Shown here: in pieces, positions 1 to 8,609 of the stretch
Layout: each line of letters opens with the position of its first letter
Numbering within the stretch: the first letter of the stretch is position 1
Assembly (NCBI GenBank): GCA_051003155.1
Contig: JBPCLO010000045.1
Coordinates: 1-18,542 of the forward strand
Length of the DNA: 18,542 bases
Source: Fimbriimonadales bacterium
Lineage (GTDB): Bacteria; Armatimonadota; Fimbriimonadia; Fimbriimonadales; ATM1
Reading direction: 5' to 3'
Notes under the pieces: generated by a model
Database searches by the model: none
Told to the model about the DNA's origin: nothing
Seen by the model: the letters and a program-made list of their open reading frames with translations, nothing else
Made by a program: the position numbers and the translations under genes

Positions 1-558
1 CCAATACCCCTGGGTGGAGAGGGATAGCGACAGGTGGATCCGCGCGATCTCGCGCGCGAGGCCGGATTCGATCATCTCTTCATAATGTTTGTAGGTTGCC
101 GCGTTCTCGGTTTCCAGGCGTCGGATGAACGCCATCGCATTCTCCAAAGGGATCGTCTCCTCGCCGCGTCCCTGCTTGTTCACCTGAGACTGCAGGCGGA
201 CCTCGGAGGCATCCGGCACATAAAACTCGTCCTTCATCACGCTGTAACGGCCGCTTATCTCGTTGAGCCGCGCCGTCCTGTGCCGAACCCACTGCCGCGC
301 TACGAAAACGGGCATTTTGCAGTGAAACGTGAGCCCCACCTGCTCGAACGGCGACGTGTGGTCGTTCTTCATCAGGTAGTTGATGAGGCCCTTATCCTCC
401 CGGACTGTCTTGATGCCCTCGCCGTAGCTCACGCGGGCGGATTGCACGATCCGCGAATCGCCGCCCATGTAGTCCACCAGGCGTACAAAGCCCTTATCGA
501 GTACCTTGATCTCCTGATCTATTAGACCTTCGGCATCGGGAATGATCATGCGCGCCAT
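1..558 (-). CDS. thyX: FAD-dependent thymidylate synthase ThyX (3' end runs off the window)
   Basis: Not in the ORF track because it has no stop in the window. Manual translation from the ATG at 558 gives MARMIIPDAEGLIDQEIKVLDKGFVRLVDYMGGDSRIVQSARVSYG...HTSPFEQ...PVFVARQWVRHRTARLNEISGRYS...REIAR. This contains the ThyX RHRx7S signature and the HxSPFE motif. Confidence 0.97.
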   Translation of the reverse strand, partial: MARMIIPDAEGLIDQEIKVLDKGFVRLVDYMGGDSRIVQSARVSYGEGIKTVREDKGLINYLMKNDHTSPFEQVGLTFHCKMPVFVARQWVRHRTARLNEISGRYSVMKDEFYVPDASEVRLQSQVNKQGRGEETIPLENAMAFIRRLETENAATYKHYEEMIESGLAREIARIHLSLSLSTQGYW

Positions 559-646
559 CGGTCGGAAGTTTACACCGTTTCCGGGCCTGTCGGAGGGCGA
601 CGCTTTACGCTGCTGAAGGGCGCCGCTTAGCTAGCCAAACGCCTGC

Positions 647-1411
647 CTAACCGATCGCGACTCGCAGTCCGTCGTATGACAATGCCACCCCGGCGGGCAA
701 TTTGGAAGCCCACTCTTCATAGTCGTAGTCGTGTGCCAGATGAGTCAAATAGGCTTGCCTCGGCCTCAGTTCTTCTATCACCTGCAGAGTCTTCTCGAGG
801 TGAAAATGCGTCGAATGCGGCGCAATGCGCGTTGCGTCCACAATCAACGTCTCGAGGTTCATCAATCTCTCTTTGGCGGAGGGTGGAATCTCGCTCACAT
901 CCGTTAAGTAAGCGAAACCTCGAACCTTGACTCCGAGCACCGCCAGCGATCCGTGCATCACTTCGAAAAGCTCGATTTCAGGATCGAGAACCGCAGGCGC
1001 CTCGCGCAATTCGAAACTCGGCGCCCCGCCGCCAACCTGGTCGGGCGCCTGGAGGGCGTACGGAACGATCCGGCGAACCACGTCGAGCACGGACGCCTGC
1101 GCGTAAACCGGAAGTGGGCGGCCGGTTACATCGTTGAACCGCCGAAGATCGTCTAGGCCCATGATGTGGTCGGCGTGCGCGTGCGTGAGAACAACCTGGT
1201 GGGCGAAACCGATCCGCTCGCGACAGAGCTGCAGACGAATCTCCGGCGGGGCGTCGACGAGCGTGCTGCAACCATCCCCGGCCAGATAGAGCGCCGAGCG
1301 CATCCGCTTGTTCTTAGGGTGTTCGCTAAAACAAACTCGGCATTCGCACCCGATCATCGGCACTCCGTGGCTTGTGCCGCTGCCGAGCACAATCGCCCGA
1401 TCGATTCGCGT
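647..1411 (-). CDS. MBL-fold metallo-hydrolase, PhnP/YcfH-adjacent phosphodiesterase family
   Basis: LGSGTSHGVPMIGCECRVC, THAHADH (HxHxDH), YLTD, HFHL and THLAH motifs. The ORF-track start is GTG 1390, but the frame extends to ACG 1411 (xRIDRAIVLGSGTS), so the start is uncertain. Confidence 0.93.
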   Translation of the reverse strand, partial: TRIDRAIVLGSGTSHGVPMIGCECRVCFSEHPKNKRMRSALYLAGDGCSTLVDAPPEIRLQLCRERIGFAHQVVLTHAHADHIMGLDDLRRFNDVTGRPLPVYAQASVLDVVRRIVPYALQAPDQVGGGAPSFELREAPAVLDPEIELFEVMHGSLAVLGVKVRGFAYLTDVSEIPPSAKERLMNLETLIVDATRIAPHSTHFHLEKTLQVIEELRPRQAYLTHLAHDYDYEEWASKLPAGVALSYDGLRVAIG

Positions 1412-1414
1412 GGC

Positions 1415-2017
1415 TTAAACCTGTCCTGTCTTCATCAGAACGAGCGAGGCGATATAGGTGGTCGGCAATTCGGTATAGGAGGAAATTCTTTCCAGGCACC
1501 TGGCGTAGCTGCGGTGATCCTCGTCGCTCATGTCCGGGTTGATCAGCTGCGCACAAAGGTCCACGCATTGGTGGAGGAACTTGGCGCGCACCTGGGGCAG
1601 GCCTTTGTGGGTGAGCTTGCCGTACTCGCGCGCCATCTGGTCGTAAATCTTGTCCCAAGAAGACGCGACCTTCTTTGACTTCTTTTCGCGCTCGGCGGCT
1701 TCTGCAGAAAGGCGCTCCGTGGTAGCTCGCTTTCGCTTAATCGCCTCCCAATGATTGATCGTAATGCCGTCGATTACCTCGACCCTCGTCGCCCGCCCGA
1801 TCCGCTTCGAGAGTTCCTGCTCCATGATGCGCACAACGTTCGATAGTTGCAGATGCCCGCGCGCCTCGTGGTCTTTCTCGGAGATACCCACGACGAAGAT
1901 GCCGTCTTCAAAGGTAATCGGGATGGCCACGTTGAGCGCAGTCCAAACGCCAACACCGGTCACCTGCTTCTTGATGGAATCGACGGAAGCGTTCCAAGCA
2001 TCGTAAAAGTCAATCAC
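1415..2017 (-). CDS. Hypothetical protein (200 aa) with a KH/DnaA-N-like alpha/beta N-terminus, charged coiled coil and helical C-terminus
   Basis: Clean ORF with natural composition. CATAAT lies 8 nt upstream of the GTG, and the stop abuts the MBL hydrolase gene. Confidence 0.8.
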   Translation of the reverse strand: MIDFYDAWNASVDSIKKQVTGVGVWTALNVAIPITFEDGIFVVGISEKDHEARGHLQLSNVVRIMEQELSKRIGRATRVEVIDGITINHWEAIKRKRATTERLSAEAAEREKKSKKVASSWDKIYDQMAREYGKLTHKGLPQVRAKFLHQCVDLCAQLINPDMSDEDHRSYARCLERISSYTELPTTYIASLVLMKTGQV

Positions 2018-2069
2018 GGCTAGCGATTATGGCATGGCTGACCGGCATTGCCATAACCAGTCAGAAGGG

Positions 2070-2701
2070 CCCCGACTGCGGTACGGTCAAGGACGACACG
2101 CAGGGCACTGAGCAATGGGTCGCAATATATAACGGACCCGAGAACTTCTCAGATTTACGCCCAAGCGTTGGCAATCGACAACTCAGGCAACGTCTTCGTG
2201 ACGGGACCGTCCTATGCCGGCGACAGTTACGACTACACCACCGTCAATATAGCCAGGCAATTCTTGTCCTGCCGGATGCGCTCAATATCCAGCAGGGAAT
2301 TCTGGTCGACGGAGGCCTGTCAGATCTTTTTCGAGCAACACCAGCGCATCGATATCCCAGTGGGGCGGGCGGCCATCATCGAGGTGGATGGAACCGCGAG
2401 TCCAGAGCCGGTGACCAAGTTCAGATTTCGCACAGAGGCATTCACGACCGGGTTCCCGCTAGCGGGGTTCGGCTACAGCATCGAACTCTACAACTTCGTT
2501 ACCCAAAATTGGGAAGTTTTCGAGCGCCCTGCGTCGGCCATCGATAGGGGCGAGGTTGTCGAGATCACGGCGAACCCCGAGCGGTTCATTGAACCGGGAA
2601 CGCGTCGGATGCGGTCGCGGCTGTCGTGGCTCGGCCACGCCCTGCTGTTCCCGAATTGGAGTTCGCAGATAGACCAAACAATCTGGTTGATCGACCGGTA
2701 G
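2070..2701 (+). pseudogene. Frameshifted 3' remnant of an SBBP (beta-propeller repeat) secreted protein with a C-terminal beta domain
   Basis: Joining the 2029 and 2168 frames gives DCGTVKDDTQGTEQWVAIYNGPENFSD/YAQALAIDNSGNVFVTGPSYAGDSYDYTTV(K)/YSQAILVLPDALNIQQGILVDGGLSDLF/QRIDI...IELYNFVTQNWE...RFIEPGTRRMRSRLSW. Frame switches fall near 2154, 2246 and 2330-2342. No intact 5' end is present. Confidence 0.75.
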
Positions 2702-2786
2702 AGACAAACACAAGAGTCGGGCGGCTCTGGGGTGCCGCCCGGTTGAAGCGCTCCGTTTCGGAGTAAATTGAAACTCCGTCATTCGC

Positions 2787-4019
2787 ATGCGCCTTCCTGC
2801 CCTTCGCCACGCCGACTTCCGGAACTATCTCGGGGGCAGCTTTGTGTCGAACGTGGGAAACAGCGTTCAGGCGTGGGCGATTGCTTGGCATGTGTATCAA
2901 ATAACCCAAAGCTCGCTCATGGTCGGGATGCTTGGCCTGGTGAGGGTTGGCCCCCTCCTCGTGTTCTCGCTCTTCGGCGGCGTGGTGGCCGACCAGGTGG
3001 ATCGGCGCAACGTTCTCCTGCTCACCCAAAGCGGGTTGGCCTTGGTATCGCTGACGGTCTTCGCGCTCACTTGCACCGATATGGCTACCGTGGGCGCTTT
3101 GTACAGTATCGTGGCGGTGCAGTCCATTGCGCGCGCCTTCGACGGTCCAGCGCGGCAGTCGATGATGGTCGGCTTGGTGCCGAGGAAGGATTTCCCGAAT
3201 GCAGCGAGCCTCAACGGCATGGCCTGGCGGCTGAGCGACGTGCTCGGCCCGATGATCGCCGGCGTCATGATCGCTTGGGCGGGCATCGGCGGCCTGAGCG
3301 GGCTGACCGTCTGCTACTTGTTCAATTTCATTTCGTTCGCGGCCGTGCTGTTTGCCATCTGGCGTCTCCCCTCGCGCGGAATACCGTCGATGGTCGAGCC
3401 CGCGAAATCGCTTTCACAGGTATGGGGCCGTATTCGGGAGGGTTTGGCGTTCGTGAATCGCACGCCGGTACTTCGGAGCGCTATGTGGATCGACTTCTGG
3501 GCGACCCTTCTGTCGGGTGCGGAAGCGCTGCTGCCCGCCTTCGCGACGACTCTTCTGAATGCCGGCCCGGAGGGATACGGCATCCTGGCTGCGTCCACGG
3601 GGCTCGGCGCTTTACTCGCCGCCGGTGCGATGGCGTGGCTGCCCACGGTTTACCGGCAAGGCCGTGCCGTGGTTCTCATGATCGGTGCGTACGGGCTATT
3701 CACCATCTGCTTCGGGCTCTCGCAAAGCCTCTGGACTGCGGCCCTGAGCCTGGCTGCAGTCGGGGCGTCGGACATGGTCAGCACCGTGCTGAGGCAGACG
3801 ATTCGCCAACTTGCCACGCCGGACGAGCTCCGAGGGCGAATGAGCGCGACCAGCAGCTTGTTCCACATCTCCGGACCGCAGCTCGGCGATTTCGAGGCAG
3901 GCGCCGTCGCCTCGATCTGGGGAGAGCGGGCGGCGATTGTGGCGGGTGGGGCGTTGTGTTTATTGGTCGCAACGCACTGGTCGAGGGCGAAGGCTCTTGT
4001 CGAGTACGAGCACAGGTAG
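2787..4019 (+). CDS. MFS transporter (EntS/MFS_3-like exporter)
   Basis: About 12 hydrophobic segments, MFS motif A GGVVADQVDRR, FDGPARQSM and TPDELRGRM. Confidence 0.95.
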   Translation: MRLPALRHADFRNYLGGSFVSNVGNSVQAWAIAWHVYQITQSSLMVGMLGLVRVGPLLVFSLFGGVVADQVDRRNVLLLTQSGLALVSLTVFALTCTDMATVGALYSIVAVQSIARAFDGPARQSMMVGLVPRKDFPNAASLNGMAWRLSDVLGPMIAGVMIAWAGIGGLSGLTVCYLFNFISFAAVLFAIWRLPSRGIPSMVEPAKSLSQVWGRIREGLAFVNRTPVLRSAMWIDFWATLLSGAEALLPAFATTLLNAGPEGYGILAASTGLGALLAAGAMAWLPTVYRQGRAVVLMIGAYGLFTICFGLSQSLWTAALSLAAVGASDMVSTVLRQTIRQLATPDELRGRMSATSSLFHISGPQLGDFEAGAVASIWGERAAIVAGGALCLLVATHWSRAKALVEYEHR

Positions 4020-4081
4020 GACGAAGTGCGCGGATCGGGCTCGTTGAGGCGGGGTGCCTTTGGTCAGTCCGCCCATCTCCC

Positions 4082-5077
4082 CTAGCCATCCAGCGCAGGC
4101 AGCGCCATGTCGCTGCTATGGCCTGGAAACGGCTCCGCTTCGGGGTCGATGAAGGTTTTGGCGTAGTTGACGGCGGTGCAGACCTCGCCGACGCCTGTGG
4201 CGATGAGGTCGAGCTTGGCGTCGTGGGTGCAAATGTCGCCGGCTGCGTAGACGCCCAGGAGGTTGGTCTCCATACGGGAGTTAGCGCGGATTTTGTTCTT
4301 TACGATCTCGAGACCCCACCCTTTGAGCGGGCCCAGGGCGGCTTTGAATCCGATGTTGACGATCAGGGAATCGCAGGAGAGCTCGGTGACCTCGTGGGTC
4401 TGCTTGTTCAGCACCGTAACGCCGTGGAGTTGATCCTCTCCGTGCAGCTCGGTTACGACCTCCCACGTGCGGACTTCGACGGTGCTGGCCCTCAGTTTGC
4501 GTACGTTCTCCTCGTGCGCCCGAAAGCCGTCGCGGCGGTGAACCAGGACGATCTCGCGTGCGATGTGCTCAAGGCCGAGGGACCAGTCGAGTGCGCTGTC
4601 ACCACCACCGATAATGATTACTTTTTTGCCACGCAGGTTTTCCTTGCTGCGGACGCCGTACATCAGGCCGGCGCCGGTAAAGTGGTCCTCGCGATCGACG
4701 CCGATTTTCGTCGGAGAAAACGCCCCGATTCCGGCGCAGATGATGACGGTTTTCGACGGGTGCTCCTCGGTGTGCGTGCGGAGAAGCCAATGGCCGTCGC
4801 GTTGCTCGAGGGTCTCGCACCGCTCGCCGAGCGCCAGTTCCGGGTGGAAGCGGTTGGCTTGGGCGAGGAGGCCGTCCGCGAGGTCCTTGGCTAGGATCTC
4901 GGGAAAGCCGGGCATATCGTAAACGAACTTCTCGGGATATAGGGCCGTAAGCTGGCCCCCGGGTTCGGTGAGCGAGTCCACGATCCGAACGCTCATGCCT
5001 CTAAGCCCTGCGTAAAAAGCGCCGAACAGCCCGACCGGGCCCGCTCCGACGATCGTGACGTCCGTAAGTTTGTTCAA
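4082..5077 (-). CDS. Ferredoxin--NADP+ reductase type 2 (YumC-like, TrxB superfamily)
   Basis: GAGPVG FAD motif, GGQLTALYPEKFVYDMPGFP, GGGDSALDW, VHRRDGFRAH, GVYAAGD and C-terminal PGHSS. It has no CxxC, which fits FNR rather than TrxB. Confidence 0.92.
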   Translation of the reverse strand: MNKLTDVTIVGAGPVGLFGAFYAGLRGMSVRIVDSLTEPGGQLTALYPEKFVYDMPGFPEILAKDLADGLLAQANRFHPELALGERCETLEQRDGHWLLRTHTEEHPSKTVIICAGIGAFSPTKIGVDREDHFTGAGLMYGVRSKENLRGKKVIIIGGGDSALDWSLGLEHIAREIVLVHRRDGFRAHEENVRKLRASTVEVRTWEVVTELHGEDQLHGVTVLNKQTHEVTELSCDSLIVNIGFKAALGPLKGWGLEIVKNKIRANSRMETNLLGVYAAGDICTHDAKLDLIATGVGEVCTAVNYAKTFIDPEAEPFPGHSSDMALPALDG

Positions 5078-5124
5078 ATCTGGCTTGCAGTCTACCGGTT
5101 CGATTGTCGGGGTGGACGGGGTGG

Positions 5125-5523
5125 TTATTCAACCCAGAGGTTGCCGGTGTCGCCGAACTCTTTTTTCCAGATCGGCACGTCTTCCTTGAGACGGTCGATG
5201 AGGAACCGGCAGCAATCGAAGGCCTCAGCGCGATGCGCGCAAGCGGCTGCCGTTGCCACGGCAATCTTGCCGGGCAGGAGTTCGCCCAGGCGGTGAACCA
5301 TGGCAACGCGTGCGCCCCAGCGACCTTCAGCTTCGAGGGCGATGGCCCGCATGTGCGGGAGCGCCATCTCCTCGTAGGCCTCGTAAAAGAGCTTCGAGGT
5401 CGCGCGGCCGCCGGTGGTGCCTCGCACTTCGCCCAGGAACAGAACGACCCCTCCGAGCGTTGCGTCTTCTATGCTCGCGCGTACCGCCTCGGGGTCGATG
5501 GCTTCGCGGGTCAAAGCGATCAG
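5125..5523 (-). CDS. moaE: Molybdopterin synthase catalytic subunit MoaE
   Basis: GGVVLFLGEVR, LFYEAYEEMA, HRLGEL, AHRAEAF and LKEDVPIWKKE motifs. The start is TTG 5514, or CTG 5523 which has a GGAGG SD 8 nt upstream. Confidence 0.96.
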   Translation of the reverse strand: MIALTREAIDPEAVRASIEDATLGGVVLFLGEVRGTTGGRATSKLFYEAYEEMALPHMRAIALEAEGRWGARVAMVHRLGELLPGKIAVATAAACAHRAEAFDCCRFLIDRLKEDVPIWKKEFGDTGNLWVE

Positions 5524-5527
5524 CGGA

Positions 5528-5758
5528 TTAACCTCCGCTCACAGCAGGAATAACAGCAACCTCATCGCCCTCCTTTATCGTATCTTGGGAGTTGGCAAAA
5601 GCCAGATTTAGAGCTATGCGAGCTCCGGAAGACCAGTATCCGCAATTTTGGAGGAGCGATTGGAGCTCGGAAACGGGAGCGGGAGGTTCGAGATCGATTT
5701 CGACCTCGTCGCCGAATCGGCTTCGCAGATTTGCGAACAGCTTGACGGGAATCGGCAC
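5528..5758 (-). CDS. moaD: Molybdopterin synthase sulfur carrier MoaD (ThiS/MoaD family)
   Basis: 76 aa, VKLFANLR...GDEVAVIPAVSGG with C-terminal Gly-Gly, directly upstream of moaE. Confidence 0.95.
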   Translation of the reverse strand: MPIPVKLFANLRSRFGDEVEIDLEPPAPVSELQSLLQNCGYWSSGARIALNLAFANSQDTIKEGDEVAVIPAVSGG

Positions 5759-5764
5759 TGCGAG

Positions 5765-5788
5765 ATTTTACCGCGGTTCTTGTACAAT
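5765..5788. promoter_or_regulatory. Back-to-back -10 boxes of divergent promoters (moaD and the cyclase gene)
   Basis: TAAAAT on the - strand at 5765-5770, 6 nt before the moaD GTG. TACAAT on the + strand at 5783-5788, 12 nt before ATG 5801. Both sit in a 42-bp intergenic gap. Confidence 0.55.
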
Positions 5789-5800
5789 GAGAGACCCTGA

Positions 5801-7096
5801 ATGGGCAAGGAAACGAACGGCCACGGTGTAGAACCGGATGGAAATGAAGTAGAGGGGGCACCCGGCGCGTCCGGAGCCCGAAAGGTCGCCGATCCGATGG
5901 GTCTCGGCTCGGTCCTGGTGGCGCTAGCCGCGATGAAGGCGGACAAGGCGCAGCCTGCTTCCGAAGAACTAGAAGAGGTTGTTCGGAAGCTGGCCGACGA
6001 AACGGGTGCGCAGCCCGAGGCGTTGCGGCTGGTGTTGGGTTCCCTTCGGTCCGGTAGCGATAACGTTAGCCTTCCGACTCGCATCAAGCGCCAATGGACC
6101 CGGATGAGCAACGTGACCAAACGGATCGCGATCAGTTCGTTCCTCGGACTTCAGTTTGCGCAATTCGGACAGTTGTCCAACAAGTTTGGCGATGATTCCG
6201 GACTATTCCAGATTGGTCAGATTGTGATTGCGGCACTCGGCCTTTGCAGTTTGGCTCTAACACGGCGTATGGATCTGGGCGCCATCGCGGGGGCGGCGTT
6301 CGGATTTGCGGCAACCGTTGGCATGGCGATCTTCGCGCTCATTTTGCAAGCACCCTCCGGCGTCGAGCCGTTCTCTATCCTGCCCGCGACCGGTGGCGGA
6401 GCACTCGCCGGAGCCGCGATCGCTTACCTGGCGAGCATGGTAAACAGGCGCTCGCCGGGCGGCTCGGACAGCCGCCGGACCGAATTGCTTCGCCAGCTGG
6501 TGGAGCTGCAGGACGAGTTGAAGCAGACCGAACAGGTAATAACATTCCTATGTATGGACGTCGTGAGTAGCACGAGGATCAAGGCGGCAACCGATCCGTT
6601 GGCTTCGGAATACACGTTCGGGGAATACACGAAATTCGTCGTCGATAGCGGAAAGCAATTCGAAGGCAAACTTCACAGCACAGCCGGCGACGGAATCTTG
6701 CTGACGTTCGAGCATCCGCGGCAAGCTTTCCAGGCGGCGAGGCGGATTCAGGGCGGCATGATCGAGTTCAACTCGTTTAGAAACAAGACGGGGCAGCCTT
6801 TCGAGCTGCGATGTGGCATCCACACTGGCGCGGTAATGATAGCGGGAGGGGACGCCCGGTCCGTCGAGTACTCGCATGTGATCGATGTAACCGCGCACGT
6901 TCAGCGCGTGGCGCCAATTGGCGGGATCGCTATTACCGATGATGCCGCAGTTTTCCTGCCCGGCGGCGGCAGGAGCGTCGGCGATGAGACGACAGAGATT
7001 CAGGGAGAAAAGGTGTTTCTTTGGCGGCCCGCTTCGACAACGCCTGAGCTACGCGGGGCGATGCAGCCGCCGCCGTTGCCCCCGGCTGCTCCGTAG
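5801..7096 (+). CDS. Membrane-bound class III adenylate/guanylate cyclase domain protein (non-canonical active site)
   Basis: About 4 TM segments and a coiled coil (ELLRQLVELQDELKQ), then TFLCMDVVSST, HSTAGDG, LRCGIHTGAV and VIDVTAHVQ. Confidence 0.9.
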   Translation: MGKETNGHGVEPDGNEVEGAPGASGARKVADPMGLGSVLVALAAMKADKAQPASEELEEVVRKLADETGAQPEALRLVLGSLRSGSDNVSLPTRIKRQWTRMSNVTKRIAISSFLGLQFAQFGQLSNKFGDDSGLFQIGQIVIAALGLCSLALTRRMDLGAIAGAAFGFAATVGMAIFALILQAPSGVEPFSILPATGGGALAGAAIAYLASMVNRRSPGGSDSRRTELLRQLVELQDELKQTEQVITFLCMDVVSSTRIKAATDPLASEYTFGEYTKFVVDSGKQFEGKLHSTAGDGILLTFEHPRQAFQAARRIQGGMIEFNSFRNKTGQPFELRCGIHTGAVMIAGGDARSVEYSHVIDVTAHVQRVAPIGGIAITDDAAVFLPGGGRSVGDETTEIQGEKVFLWRPASTTPELRGAMQPPPLPPAAP

Positions 7097-7155
7097 TGGC
7101 ACGCTACCGGATGTCCTCGGTCCACACAAAGAGGAATAGGGGATAATAGTAGACG

Positions 7156-7764
7156 ATGAGCCGCATTACCGAACTCCGCGAAATTGTCGCCAAATACGAC
7201 CTCAACAAGCACCCCTTTTACAGCGATTGGCGTCACGGCACTCTCCCCATTGAGAAGTTGGACCGGTACGCCGAAGACTACGGACATTTTGTGAATTTGA
7301 TCGCCGACGGTTGGGTCAAGCTCGGCCGGGCCGACTTTGCCCAGGAAGAGCGCGAGCACCACGACCTTTGGCTGGACTTTACGGCGGCCGTGCGCGAGAG
7401 CCGCAACGGCGCCGGCACCTATGAGGGCCGTCCGGCGCTCGCCGAAACCGGGGCGCTGGTCGACGCCGTAAAGACCGCATTTTCTGCCGCGGCGAGCGCT
7501 GTCGGCGCGCTTTACGCCTTCGAAGTGCAGCAACCCGACACCGCGCAGACGAAGCTCGACGGCCTGCGCGAGCATTACACCGTGGATGCGAAGGGCGAGA
7601 AGTATTTCGAAGAGCACGCCGGCAAATGGCACGAGGTCGAGGAGCTTGACATGCTCATCGGCCAGATGAGCGATGCGGAGTACGAGCGAGCGAAGACAGC
7701 TTGCGATATTGTAAGCCAGGCCATGTGGGGCACGCTCGACGGCATCTACGGTCACAAGAATTAG
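7156..7764 (+). CDS. Heme-oxygenase-like diiron protein, CADD/PqqC/TenA family
   Basis: LNKHPFYSDWRHGTL, YAEDY, EEREHHDLW, ALYAFEVQQPDTAQTKLDGLREHY, YFEEH and MWGTLDGI match the CADD-like pattern. Confidence 0.85.
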   Translation: MSRITELREIVAKYDLNKHPFYSDWRHGTLPIEKLDRYAEDYGHFVNLIADGWVKLGRADFAQEEREHHDLWLDFTAAVRESRNGAGTYEGRPALAETGALVDAVKTAFSAAASAVGALYAFEVQQPDTAQTKLDGLREHYTVDAKGEKYFEEHAGKWHEVEELDMLIGQMSDAEYERAKTACDIVSQAMWGTLDGIYGHKN

Positions 7765-7852
7765 GCCGTAACTGATGTGGCGGCAGCCGGCCTTCGCCGC
7801 CGCCATTGTAAGTCGACAACCACCACAATTGCGACATACAAGAGGCCTTAGC

Positions 7853-8533
7853 CTGAACCGTAGAACAGCATTTACGCTGATCGAGCTGTTGGTCGTAATT
7901 GCGATCATCGCGATTTTGGCGGCGGTCCTGTTCCCGGTTTTTGCGCGCGCCAAGGAGATGGCCAAGAAGAGCGGGTGCGTCAGCAACCTGCGACAACTCG
8001 GGGCGGCGCTCGACATGTATCTCGCCGATTCCCATGACCGGATGCCCGACCGGCGGGACCTGAAGATCGAACTCGGCTATCGGCCCTGGGATTCCTGGCC
8101 GCCGAGCGACCCGCGTGCGGGATGGGCGGCGGTAGTGTTGGAGCCGTATATCAAGAGCAAGGACATTTGGTCATGCGCCAGCCTGAAAGACACGGCAGTC
8201 GGCGAGGCGATCCAGTCCAGGCAGGAGACACCCGTTGGGATTACGAGGTATTGGATGTGGCGCTTCGACCGAACCGACGAGCCGGTGCCTTTGGACAACT
8301 TCTGGGGGAAGACACCGCAGACCTGCCTGGAGGACTTGCAGCACTCAGGAAATCAACAGGTTGGGAATCCGGAAGGACTCGCCGAAGTGGAACTCATCGT
8401 GGATCCTTACTATCCCCGCACGATTCCGAGCGTTCCCGATGAACTGAAGGGCAAGTCGGCACATACGGGTGGGCGAAATCGGCTGTTCTTGGATTTGCAC
8501 GTGAAGTGGATGCGGGATATTCGGACAAACTGA
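7853..8533 (+). CDS. Prepilin-type N-terminal cleavage/methylation domain protein (DUF1559, H-X9-DG-like C-terminus)
   Basis: [30 protein letters not shown]...CVSNLRQLG...MYLAD, and C-terminal [16 protein letters not shown]. The start is uncertain: ATG 7775, TTG 7829, or CTG 7853 with AGAGG upstream. Confidence 0.93.
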   Translation: MNRRTAFTLIELLVVIAIIAILAAVLFPVFARAKEMAKKSGCVSNLRQLGAALDMYLADSHDRMPDRRDLKIELGYRPWDSWPPSDPRAGWAAVVLEPYIKSKDIWSCASLKDTAVGEAIQSRQETPVGITRYWMWRFDRTDEPVPLDNFWGKTPQTCLEDLQHSGNQQVGNPEGLAEVELIVDPYYPRTIPSVPDELKGKSAHTGGRNRLFLDLHVKWMRDIRTN

Positions 8534-8609
8534 AGTCGCCGACGGTTGGACTTTCCACACCCCCCCACCAGCTCTGTCTGATCGACACAATCGTTCGTGA
8601 AGATGGGCC

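Noticed and set aside
1..45. Deviant ThyX segment RIHLSLSLSTQGYW
   Set aside because: It differs from the usual R.NLPLS.YT.WYW, but it is at the window edge and cannot be told apart from drift or base error.
34..525. 163-aa + strand ORF
   Set aside because: Antisense shadow of thyX, which has clear motifs on the minus strand.
2718..2741. GC-rich hairpin CGGGCGGC-N8-GCCGCCCG as a terminator
   Set aside because: The stem is real but has no U-tract on either side, so its function is unsupported.
2768..4894. 708-aa + strand ORF
   Set aside because: An Arg-rich off-frame reading of the MFS gene joined to the antisense of the FNR gene. This is a typical high-GC artefact.
4082..5077. Thioredoxin reductase trxB
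   Set aside because: It lacks the redox CxxC and has the GGQL..LYPEK and GHSS motifs of type 2 FNR.
7000..8016. 338-aa minus-strand ORF
   Set aside because: Antisense to the CADD-like and prepilin genes, with no motifs.
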